Shown: one piece after another, positions 24,197 through 34,360 of the stretch
How the letters are laid out: each line of letters starts with the position of its first letter
Numbering within the stretch: position 1 is the first letter of the stretch
From: Patescibacteria group bacterium UBA3291
GTDB lineage: Bacteria > Patescibacteriota > Gracilibacteria > Absconditabacterales > Absconditicoccaceae
NCBI GenBank assembly: GCA_002361595.1
Contig: DETJ01000039.1
Coordinates: 960-64,959 of the forward strand
DNA length: 64,000 nt
Reading direction: 5' to 3'
Notes under the pieces: model-generated
Seen by the model: only the letters and a program-made list of their open reading frames with translations
The model's database searches: none
What the model was told of the DNA's origin: nothing
Translations under genes and position numbers: made by a program

Positions 24197-24796
24197 TTAC
24201 TCAGTCTTTTCTTCTTTTTGAACAAAAAATTTTTTTGGATTTTTCTCCTTATGAACTGTAGGACTATCAATCTTTTCTATGATAGCATCCAAAACTTTAT
24301 CTACATTCTGACCAGTTTTTCACGAAACACAAATAATTTCATCAGCTGGAATTCAGATTACATGTTCAATTTCTGCTGCTACTCTAGCAGGATTTGCAGC
24401 TGGAAGATCAATTTTATTCAAAACTGGAATAATTTCTAATCACTGATCAATTGCCTGATAAAGTGTTGATAAAGTCTGAGCCTGAATTCACTGACTTGCA
24501 TCTACTAGTAAAATTGCTCACTCTACTGCAGCAAGTGAACGAGAAACCTCATACTGAAAATCTACATGACCTGGAGTATCTATCAGATTTAATTCATATC
24601 ATTTCCACTGCATTCTAGCAGGAGTAAGTTTGATAGTAATTCATCTTTCCTGCTCAATGTCCATTCTGTCCAAAACCTGACTATGTTCTAGTTTTCTCAC
24701 TGTTCACGTAATTTCTAGCATTCTATCTGCTAGAGTAGATTTTCCATGATCAATATGTGCTATTATACAAAAATTACGAATATGTTCTGTAGACAT
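24197..24796 (-). CDS. lepA: LepA/EF-4 N-terminal GTPase domain only (truncated; possibly a remnant)
   Basis: [45 protein letters not shown] and LNKIDLP are present. Similarity ends after IDSP, and the ORF stops 20 codons later. Domains II-V are absent. Confidence 0.75.
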
Positions 24797-24825
24797 ATTT
24801 TATCTCAAAAATATATTTTAAATAA

Positions 24826-25113
24826 CTATTTTGCTTCTACTCCTAATCCTTTTATAACGAGGAATACTACCAATGCTACTACTATAAAATCAATAGCTCT
24901 AGCAAGTAATTTTCCATAAAGAACTCATTTCCATGAAAGATTTTCCAATTTATCAATCTTTAATTTCTTTAAAATTGGAGCAAAAATAAGTGGAGTAATA
25001 AAATCTTCAATGAAAGATTTAGTTAATTCTCCAACTTTAGTTGCAATTAAAAGTCAGATAGCAACTCAGATTACATTATAAGTTGCAATAAAATCCATAA
25101 ATTCTGCTCGCAT
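24826..25113 (-). CDS. mscL: Large-conductance mechanosensitive channel-like protein
   Basis: MRAEFMDFIATYNVIGVAIGLLIATKVGELTKSFIEDFITPLI... followed by a second TM segment; 95 aa. Confidence 0.65.
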
Positions 25114-25198
25114 ATTTATATTATATAAAAATATAAAAGGTACTTTTCTTATAGAAATATATTATTATTTTTCAATATTATTTAATTTTATTTAAATC

Positions 25199-25226
25199 TT
25201 GACTATATTATACTTTTCATTATATA
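25199..25226 (+). promoter_or_regulatory. Sigma70-like promoter
   Basis: TTGACT, a 16-nt spacer, then TATATA. Confidence 0.45.
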
Positions 25227-25232
25227 TATTAT

Positions 25233-25392
25233 GGCAAACGAATTTAGTGATATTAATATTTTTAAGTATTTGATGTAAATTTAGATTTATCGTGAGATAA
25301 TAGCTAAATTTGGATGTCGTGAGACATTTTTATGAATGATTAGATTTATATCTATCTATTTACTCGCATCGTATTCGGTGCGAGTTTTTTTT
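25233..25392 (+). ncRNA. Candidate small structured RNA, or a 15-codon micro-ORF plus structured tail, ending in a strong terminator
   Basis: Downstream of the promoter there are two hairpins with GUGA tetraloops (ttatc-gtga-gataa inside aaatttag/ctaaattt, and atgtc-gtga-gacat). A terminator follows: ACTCGCA/TGCGAGT plus T8 (25362..25392). ORF MANEFSDINIFKYLM lies at 25231..25278. Confidence 0.35.
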
Positions 25393-25626
25393 ACTTTTTT
25401 TTAACATTTTAACATCAGAAAATTTTCTGATTTTTTATTTTTCACAAAAATTTTAACATTTTTACATTATTTAACATTCTGATTTTTTATAAATTTTCTA
25501 TATTATAACTTTGTTTTTTTTTAATTTATCAATTATTTAACATTTTTACATTATTACTATCAATTATTTTTTTTAATTTATTTGTAATATAATAAGAAGA
25601 AATTTTTTCGAATAAAATGTTGAAAA

Positions 25627-26097
25627 ATGAAAAACAAATCATATAAGAAAATTGTAATATTTTTTTATATATTTACAATATTTTTTATGAAAGATAAAAT
25701 CAAAAGGAGTATAGTGATAACTATATTTGGATTATTTCTATTATATTTGATTTGGTTGATATCTCAATGAACTATGATAGTACAGAATCAATATGCAGGT
25801 CGAAATATTCCAATGTATATAATTTTGATAGCTATTTGTTTATATATGGTTTGTTTATATTGAATATATCCAATTCATGTAAAATTTTCTAGAGCTACAG
25901 CATTAGTAATTTGATTATTATTTATAGTTTTGTCTCAAGTAGTATTGGCTAATGATGGATATTCTCATATATATATTTGAGATATGTTTTCAGTTTTAGG
26001 TGTTTTAATATTGATATTATTTCCTACTAATATTTTGACTACAGATAAGGTAAAAAAACAAAAAGCCAAAAAAAATGAGGTTATTATTGAAGTTTAA
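25627..26097 (+). CDS. Hypothetical small membrane protein
   Basis: 156 codons, four hydrophobic segments, Lys-rich C-terminus. Confidence 0.5.
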
Positions 26098-26179
26098 TTT
26101 TGTTAATATAAAAAAATGTGAAGTGATGCTTAAATATTTCAATATAAATCAGACTTTTTAATTATTATTTTGTAAAAAA

Positions 26180-26509
26180 ATGGCAGAAGCTAATAATATT
26201 ATAGAAATTACATCAAAAGATCAATTTGAAGAAGCTGTAAAATCTGAAACTTTAACAATAGTAGATTTTTGGGCTGTATGGTGTGGACCATGTAGAGTTT
26301 TAAAACCATTATTACACAAAATAGCTGGTGAACATCCAGAAATTCAATTATTAACTGTAGATGTAGATGTTAATCAGGAATTGGCTGCTCAATATGATAT
26401 TAATTCAATTCCAGCTGTATTTATGTTTAAAAATGGTGAAATAGTTGATAATTTCGTTGGAGTTATGCCTGAAAATGAAATTTTAGAGAAAATTGAAGCT
26501 AATAAATAA
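26180..26509 (+). CDS. trxA: Thioredoxin
   Basis: DFWAVWCGPCRVLKPLL active site; 109 aa; intact in the standard code. Confidence 0.95.
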   Translation: MAEANNIIEITSKDQFEEAVKSETLTIVDFWAVWCGPCRVLKPLLHKIAGEHPEIQLLTVDVDVNQELAAQYDINSIPAVFMFKNGEIVDNFVGVMPENEILEKIEANK

Positions 26510-26535
26510 ATTTATTTAGATTTTAAGTAAAAAAT

Positions 26536-26566
26536 AAGACTAACTTTGAATAGTTAGTCTTTTTAT
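26536..26566 (+). terminator. Rho-independent terminator, possibly bidirectional with the convergent FemAB gene
   Basis: 10-bp stem AAGACTAACT/AGTTAGTCTT followed by TTTT. Confidence 0.75.
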
Positions 26567-26576
26567 TAGTTATAAA

Positions 26577-27632
26577 TTAATGTTTTTTATGTCTAGCAGA
26601 AGTATACATATCGAAGCATTTATATAACCATTTATTCAAAACTAAGTCATAACTACCCCATTGTTCAATTTTTTCTCATCAGAGTGATTCTTTGAAAGCA
26701 CTTACTCATGCGAGTGGATGATCTGGAAATCATGTTGGAGCTCATCACATCATATCACATCTAGCATATCCATTATCTCTAGCTCGGCAAAAGGCATTAT
26801 ATTTCAAAAATTGCTGTCATCAGTAGGCATTTTTTCATCTTTCAGAGAATCAGTACAAATATATCATAGTTTTTCAGTCAAATCAGCATACACTTCATGC
26901 AATAATTTCTCATTCATATTTAGTTACAAAAAGATCTCAGTTATTATTTTCCTTAAAATATCTCATCAAAGCTTCAAATTGTCTTCTAGTAATTGGAGTA
27001 AATCATTTGAGCTGAGAAACTTCACACCATTTATGATAAAAAACTGAATGTTCCTCAGGAGTAGCTACTGAAAATTGGACTCAATGAGATAGTCATTTTC
27101 TTACTTTTTGTCTAGCTCAGTCATTAAATCATGCTAAAATTTCTTCATTAGATTTATCCAATTCATAAACTATGTTACTTTCTGGCATATTTTCACGAAA
27201 AGCCACTTTCAGTCAAAATTCATCACATACTTTTTGGCGTAAATCTAATCTCATATTTTTTACTTCTTCTTCAAATCATTCAGTTTTTTTTATATTATTA
27301 AAAAATCTGATCATAGTATTATTTATTCACAGTTGGAAACAAATATTTCACATTTTATTTCCATATTTTTTCTTGATATAATCGAGTTCTTTATGAATAA
27401 GTTCAATATCATCAGGCAAAAAAACTCACATCACTTGTAGCCATTGAATAGAAAATGGTCAGATTTTTTTCTTTTTTATCAATCAAAAATAATCTTGTCC
27501 AAAAAGATGTACTTTGAAAGTAGGTTTTCTATATATTTTTGACTGAATATCCTGTCGCAATTGAGATTGATAAAGATTATAATCTGAAATTGGTTCAAGA
27601 GGATATGAATAGAATGATGATAGAGAAGTCAC
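26577..27632 (-). CDS. FemAB-family peptidoglycan bridge-forming aminoacyltransferase
   Basis: TMIYLYGFSERG, GYARCDMMGGAP, and GVSAFKESLGGEKIEQWGSYD. The start is uncertain: GTG at 27632 is the first start-capable codon after an in-frame TAA. Confidence 0.7.
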
Positions 27633-27781
27633 TATTCTCTGGAATGTATATAAAATTATTTAAGCTGAATTATAATATTGAATCAGTCTAAAGTTTCAAG
27701 TAAAGTGTAAATTTCTTGATAAAAAGTCTGATATTTTTACAATTAATTATTAAGTTTAAACTTGTTTGAGTATAATTCACA

Positions 27782-29209
27782 ATGACATTTAAAGATCGAT
27801 GGAGAAATTATAAAAGTATTGGAATATTTTGTGTGATTTTTTTAGTATTTTTAATAATTTTTATAATTTGGAATATTTTATGAAAAAATGAAAATAAAAT
27901 TCAGACTGAGGAACGAGTAAATATTTCAGATTTTCCTACTACTCTGGAGATAGATAAAGAATGAAAATTATTATCATATCCAGAAGTAATGGTTTTAGCT
28001 GAAACTGACTGAAAAATAATGAATATGAATGTGACACAGTGAGATATAGTTGAAGAGCGAGATATTTTAATGCAGATATGAGAAGAAGATTGAATAGATG
28101 AAAATACTGATATAGATACAAGAATTGGAAGAAAATTTGCTGAATATTATCAAATGAAAAATGAATATAAACAGTTTGAATCGGATTTTTGAGAAGAAAT
28201 CTCAGTTTTAGAAGATAAATTGAGAGATTATAATGTTGAATTTAGTATAGCTGTGGATATGTGAGATGAAAAAACTACGGAAATTATGTCTGAAAAAATT
28301 GAAGATGTAGAAAATGAATTAAATTTATTAAAAGATAGGAAAATTTATTTAAAATCTGAAGTTAATAGATTAGAAAATGAAATAATGTTAGAAAATTTGG
28401 ATAATATAGAATATTTGTATGAATTAGATAAAAAATCTCCTAGAGCTTCGATTCAGTGAATAGTTTCAGAGATTTATGTACAGCAGTGAGATGAAGTAAA
28501 AAATTGAAATAAATTATTAAAAATTATAGACAATACATATAGTCCAGAAATAGCAGTTTGATTAAGTTTTAATGAATATGTACTTACACAGGATTTGACA
28601 TGAGTTTTAATCGTAACTGAAAATGAAAATCGATGAGATTCATATTATGAATGAGAGATATATACTCGTAGTCCAAAAATTAATGAAGACTGAGAATATA
28701 CACTCACGGTTAGAATATTAGAAGAAGTTTCAGATTTGATTTTGAATGATAAGAATACAAAAATTACTGTAATTTTTACCAAAGATTATCCAACGATTTG
28801 GATTCCAAAAAATTGTTTCACAGAAATATGAAAAAATAGTTGAAAACTAACTTTACGTGATGGTGATATAATGAAAATAAAAGAAATCTGAATAAAAAAT
28901 AAATGGAATAATTGGATAAATGTCGATAATTTAGCATTATTTTGACTTGAAAATGAAGAAGAAAAAGATGGAATGAATTTATGTGTTGAAGATTGGAATA
29001 AAATCATAAAAAATTGGGATAATGATCCAACATTACATGAGGATGAATCTTTAATTGAATGGCGTAACCAATTTGATAATGTAGAAGATTTATGTAAAGA
29101 ATTCATAAAAGTAAATCCAATGTACAGGAGTGGTCATAGAAATGCATCTATAATATCGTTATTATGATGAAGTGGTGAAAAAATTGAAGTATTATGTAGA
29201 TTAGAATAA
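27782..29209 (+). CDS. HlyD/membrane-fusion-protein-like periplasmic adaptor
   Basis: An N-terminal TM segment is followed by a long coiled-coil segment. There is a lipoyl-like hairpin (GIVSEIYVQQGDEVKNGNKLLKI) and a beta-barrel-like C-terminus. Confidence 0.5.
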
Positions 29210-29229
29210 TTTATTATTTATCTAAAAAT

Positions 29230-29811
29230 ATGGAAAGAAAAGATTATTTAGTTCTAGTGAATAAACAAAATAAACTTCCAGATAATTGGGAAGAAATATC
29301 TGAGCTTGTAGAAGTGAAAAATAGTTTTGGAAAATTTCTAAAAATAGAGAAAGAAACATTGGAAAAATTTAATGAACTAAGAAGAGTTTTATTGGCTGAA
29401 TGAGTAGATATTGAGCTTGATAGTGCATATCGTTCTTTTTCTATTCAGAATGAATTTTTTGAAAAATTTAAAGAAGAATATGGAGAAGAATATGCAAGTA
29501 ATTATGCTGCACCTGCAGGTTATTCTGAACATCATACATGATTAGCAATTGATATATGTATCAAAAAAGAAAACTGAGAAATTATTTCAGAAAATCATGA
29601 AATGATAGTTGAGTTATGAGTTTTTGATAGAGTTCATAAAAAAATGGTAGATTATTGATTTATAGTTAGATATCCTGATGGAAAAGATAGTATTACATGA
29701 TATAGTTATGAACCTCGACATTTAAGATATATATGAGATGCTGATATAGCCAAAGAAATTATGGAAAATTGATTAACTTTAGAGGAATATTTGAATAAAA
29801 CTTGAAAATAA
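29230..29811 (+). CDS. VanY-type D-alanyl-D-alanine carboxypeptidase (peptidase M15B), cytoplasmic-looking copy
   Basis: LVLVNKQNKLPDNW, SAYRS, YSEHHTGLAIDI, GFIVRYPDGKDSITGYSYEP-CGA-HLRYIG. Confidence 0.85.
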
Positions 29812-29847
29812 ATATTTAAGTTAATGTTTTAAATTTTGTTATAGATT

Positions 29848-30585
29848 ATGAAAAAATCATTATTATTAAGTTTTGTTTTATTATCAGGAGTATTAATGGT
29901 TGCGTGTGAAAATAAAACTGATCAAAATTTAGAAGATACTCAGACTTGTTCTTTATGAGAATCAGTATGTGATCTTACGTGAACTAGTATTAATTCAAAT
30001 GAAAATCAGACTGGTATAGATTATTTAGTTTTGGTAAATAAAGAGAATAAATTACCAGATGACTGGGAATCTAAGCTAGAATTAGTAGAAGTACAAAATG
30101 CTTATGGTGAAACAATCAGAGTAGAAAAAGAAGCTTTGGAAAAATATAATGAACTAAAAGCTGATTTAGCGAAAGAATGAATAGAAATAGAACTGGATAG
30201 TGTATATCGTTCAGTAGAGAAACAACAGCAAGTGTGGGATGAATTTGAACAGGAATATGGACTCGAATATACTCAGAAATATGTAGCAGTTCCATGATAT
30301 TCAGAGCATCATACAGCTTTGGCTCTAGATATAGTTATTAGAAAAGATGGAGTGTTAATTTATGAGAATGATGATATGATAGCTGAGCCTGAGATATTTG
30401 CAAAGATTCATGCTAAATTAGCAGATTATGGATTTATACTTAGATATTTGGAATGAAAAGAAGATATTACATGATATGGATATGAACCTCGACATTTGAG
30501 ATATATATGAGATGCTGATATAGCCAAAGAAATAATGGAAAATTGATTAACTTTAGAAGAATATTTGAATAAAACTTGAAAATAA
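29848..30585 (+). CDS. VanY-type D-alanyl-D-alanine carboxypeptidase, lipoprotein paralog
   Basis: MKKSLLLSFVLLSGVLMVAC lipobox, then the same M15B motifs. The last 100 nt or so are nearly identical to the upstream copy. Confidence 0.85.
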
Positions 30586-30631
30586 TTATTAATTAAATTA
30601 TGTATTTTTATCTTTTTATAAAATATAAATT

Positions 30632-31255
30632 ATGAAAAAAACATTATTAGTAAGTTTGGTCCTATTATCAGGAATTATATTGACTGCATGTGGACAGGAT
30701 AATCAAACAGATGATACAACTAAAAATCTACCTTTGACAGATTGTCAGAAAGCTGTAAATAAATATTTGGAATGAGCTGATAAGAGTGGAAAATGAGATG
30801 AAGTAAAAAAATGAGATAATATAGTAGTAGATTATATATGACGTTTGGATGATGGAAGTGTATTTGATACAAGTATAAAATCAATAGCTGAAGAATGTGG
30901 AGTATATAATGAGAATAGAAATTATACTGAGTGATTATCTTTCCAAGCACAAGCTGGACAAATGGTAAAATGATTTGATGATGGAGTAATCTGAATGAAA
31001 GTTTGACAGACAAAGACAGTTCAGTTTTGACCAGAGGAATGATATGGACAATATGATAAAAGTTTGGTAGTTACGGCTCCAATATCAGACTTTGGAGATG
31101 TTAGTCAGTTCTCGGAATGAGATACTGTTTATTTATGAATGGGATATCCTGCTAAAATTATTAAAATTACAGATAAAGAAATAACATTAGATATGAATCA
31201 TGAATTAGCAGGTAAAGATTTGATATTTGATATAACTATTAAATCGATTAATTAA
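30632..31255 (+). CDS. FKBP-type peptidyl-prolyl isomerase, lipoprotein
   Basis: [10 protein letters not shown] lipobox; [17 protein letters not shown]; AGQMVKGFDDGVIGMKVGQTK; [17 protein letters not shown]. Confidence 0.85.
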
Positions 31256-31278
31256 TTTAGTTTGTATATTTGAAAAAT

Positions 31279-31797
31279 ATGGAAATTCAAAAATCTGTAC
31301 AAGAATATTTAGATTGAGCTGATAAAAATTGAGCTTGAGAGACTGTAAAAATCGGAGATAATATAACAGTTGACTATATTTGACGTTTAGAAGATGGGAC
31401 AGTATTTGATACAAGTGTAGAATCAGTAGCTAAAGCATGCTGAAAATATAATGAAGCTAGAGATTATACTGAGTGATTAACTTTTGGGGTGTGAGCTGGA
31501 CAGATGATTAAATGATTCGACGAATGAGTAGTAGGTATGAAAGTATGACAAACAAAGACAGTTCAATTTGGACCAGAAAAATGATATGGACAGCGTAGAG
31601 AAGATTATATCATGACTTATTCTGCTGAAGAAGTATGAGATTTGAGTAAATTTACTGAATGACAAAGAGTTTATCTATGAATATGAGCTGCAGCATTGAT
31701 TACGAAAGTGACAGATAAAGAATTGACTATAGATTTAAATCATGAATTAGCAGGTAAAGATTTGATATTTGATATAACTATTAAATCGATTAATTAA
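31279..31797 (+). CDS. FKBP-type peptidyl-prolyl isomerase, paralog without signal peptide
   Basis: [17 protein letters not shown]; GAGQMIKGFDEGVVGMKVGQTK. The last 60 nt are identical to the upstream paralog. Confidence 0.85.
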
Positions 31798-31823
31798 GTT
31801 TTTATTTTCTATATTTTCATACA

Positions 31824-32282
31824 ATGGAACTTAAAGTTTATGATTGAGAATATTTTGAAAGAAGTAAAACTCGATATATTATTTTTGCGTTTGTTATATT
31901 ATTAGTGGCTGTATTGTCTATAATGTATAACAATATAGGATGATGAGTAATAGTTTTATTTTTTACTGCTGGATATTTGTATTTTTCGCTAAAATCAAAT
32001 AAAACGGTAAAAATGATTATATGAAAAAAAGTATTAGAAATATGAAAAACTATATATCCATGGGAAACTTTGAGATGATTTGTACTAGAATATCATGTGA
32101 AAAAAAAGAAAATTCACAATATAGTTATACTAGATAATAAAGGTAGACCTAGTATCTATACAATTAATGATACTGCTAAAAATATAGAAAATTTTGTAAA
32201 TGAATTGAATGTATATATTCCTATGTTGGAAAGTTATCCACAAAGTAGTTTGGATAAATTTGTAAGAAGAATAAAATTATAA
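31824..32282 (+). CDS. Hypothetical small membrane protein
   Basis: 152 codons, two TM segments, then a soluble C-terminal half. Confidence 0.45.
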
Positions 32283-32329
32283 TTCAGATTAAAATTAATT
32301 GAATAGGATTTTTTAAGTAAAAGAAATAA

Positions 32330-33871
32330 ATGTCGTGACATAAATTGGTAATTAAGGATGCAGCGTGGCAATTATTTGGGAGAATTATTTCTGCTCTTTT
32401 TGGTTTTGTAATTACCAAGATTATTTCTTCATATTTAGGACCACTGAGATATGGGGACTATGGTACGATATTCAGATTTTTTGCTTGGTGGACTGCCCTA
32501 GTAGATTTTTGACTTTATGTAATCGCTGTAAAGCGTTTATGAGCGATTAAAGAAGAAAAATGAGATGATTCTCCAGAACTCAAAGAAAATTATCATAAAT
32601 TCGTCTGAACTAGAATGTTTATGATAATCGTGATTTATACAATTGCAATAGTTACAGCATATCTAATTCCTGCATATACAAGCAATCCATTCATAATTCG
32701 AGGATTACCACTTGCGATGCTATATTCTGCAAGTAATATGTTTGTAGGAATTCAGCAGCTTCCATTGCAGTTATTCTGGAAGATGAATAGACTTAGTCGA
32801 TCATTGATTGTGGCTAGATTATCACAATTAGCAGTATTACTACCGACTGTATATCTGATTTTTAGAAATATTAATTTTGAGTCCGAGCAAGTAAGTACAA
32901 CTGCAATTCTAGCATTTTGCTGTGTGATATTTTCAGTGGTAGCAAGTGCATTATGACAAAATGTAGACATGCATCTGAGGAGTAGAAATTTGCTTCTATT
33001 CAGAATAGATATAGACTTAAAATTTATAAAAAATATTTTCAAAGAAAATCGAAAATACTGATTTTCATATTTTTTCAGTTCATTTCATACTTTGATAGTA
33101 TTGATGTTTTTGGGTTGGTTTTTTCCAACTTCATCGTGATATGGATATGTGTGATATTGGGCATTAGCACTACAGTTATTAGAAATTTTATTAATTATTC
33201 CATCATCACTGTGAAATAGTTTACTTCACAAAATTCCTACATATTCCAATCTAGACAAAAGAAAATCGATGTGAAATCTGCTTTCATTAGTAGCGTGGAT
33301 TGGATGAATAATTGCGATAGATTTTCGGGTTTTTAATAGAGATATAATACTATTTGTATCGAGTAAAGAATTTCTATGAAGTCGAGATAGTTTAGCTACA
33401 TGGTGATCTAATCAGATTTTACCATTCCTTGGAATAGTATTATTCTTTAGTTTTATCAAACAGATTTTCAATTATCTATTTGTATCACTGGAGAAGCAGA
33501 ATGTACTTTTCAAAATAAATCTAACATGAGTAATAATCTGAGTTTTGGTAGCTTTATTTATAATCCCTAAATGGAATTTACTTGGATGAATTATAGTTCA
33601 AGTATTGATAGAAACAATATTTATGGTTGGTGCTATGATAGTAGCATGAAATATGAAAGTATTTCCAAAATTTCAGAAAAAAGCTTGATTTCAATTACTT
33701 GGAATTTTGGGAATTATGCTGGTAAGTGGATTATTTATCAATGGTTGGCTAGATAGTCATGAGATTAGTTGGCGAATGTTTTTGATAATTGCATGAATTT
33801 ACAATTTGATTATAGTTTGAATTTCTTTGAAGCCTATTAAGGCTGTGGCTAAAGGTTTGACGGTGGATTAG
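32330..33871 (+). CDS. Wzx/MOP-superfamily oligosaccharide flippase
   Basis: 513 codons and about 12 or more hydrophobic segments. The N-terminus VIKDAAWQLFGRIISALFGFVITKIISSYLGPLRYGDYG is typical of polysaccharide-biosynthesis flippases. Confidence 0.7.
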
Positions 33872-33882
33872 AATTTTTTTAT

Positions 33883-33979
33883 AGCCCCTCAATCCTTCGG
33901 ACAGCTCCCCTAGCAGGGAGCAAAACTTGAAAATTAAGATTTCTCCCCTGATAGGGGGAGTGGCGAAGCCGAGGGGGTT
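33883..33979. repeat. GC-rich inverted pair of ~38-nt palindromic elements (REP doublet-like)
   Basis: agcccctcaatccttcggacagCTCCCCTagcAGGGAG and the inverted ctcccctgatagggggagtggcgaagccgagggggtt. Each contains its own hairpin. The outer CCCCTC/GAGGGG and CTTCG/CGAAG segments can also pair. Confidence 0.7.
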
Positions 33980-33996
33980 AATGGTGAGATACTTAT

Positions 33997-34066
33997 GGAT
34001 TTTTCAATTGAAGTCTCAGAATGACAGTAAAAAACCTAAGATTCTTCGATTTCGTCTAGAATGACG
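33997..34066. repeat. Two intergenic REP-like units of the GGATTCTTCG-N-CTCAGAATGAC family
   Basis: ggatttttcaattgaagtctcagaatgac and aagattcttcgatttcgtctagaatgacg. Confidence 0.65.
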
Positions 34067-34291
34067 TGTGAAGAATTTTTTTAAAATGTAAAGATTGACA
34101 AAAATATTAATTTATAATTATATTATACACAAAGTGATAAAAAATGGTTATCAGATAAAAAATTGATATAAAACCTAGTTTAGAACAAGGAAATTTTACA
34201 CATATTTTTTGAAAATTTTTTAAGAAAAAACAGCTTATGAAAATTTTTTAAAAAAAGTCAACCCAAAATTAGCGTTATTTTTTTCAGATTT

Positions 34292-34320
34292 TTGCAAAAT
34301 TTTTCTTTCTGTGCTATAAT
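34292..34320 (+). promoter_or_regulatory. Sigma70-like promoter of the giant gene
   Basis: TTGCAA, a 17-nt spacer, then TATAAT. GGAAGGA (Shine-Dalgarno) lies 5 nt before the ATG at 34361. A second TTGACA box is at 34095. Confidence 0.55.
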
Positions 34321-34360
34321 TAGGTATGAAATATTTTTAGTCTATTTCATGGGAAGGAAA

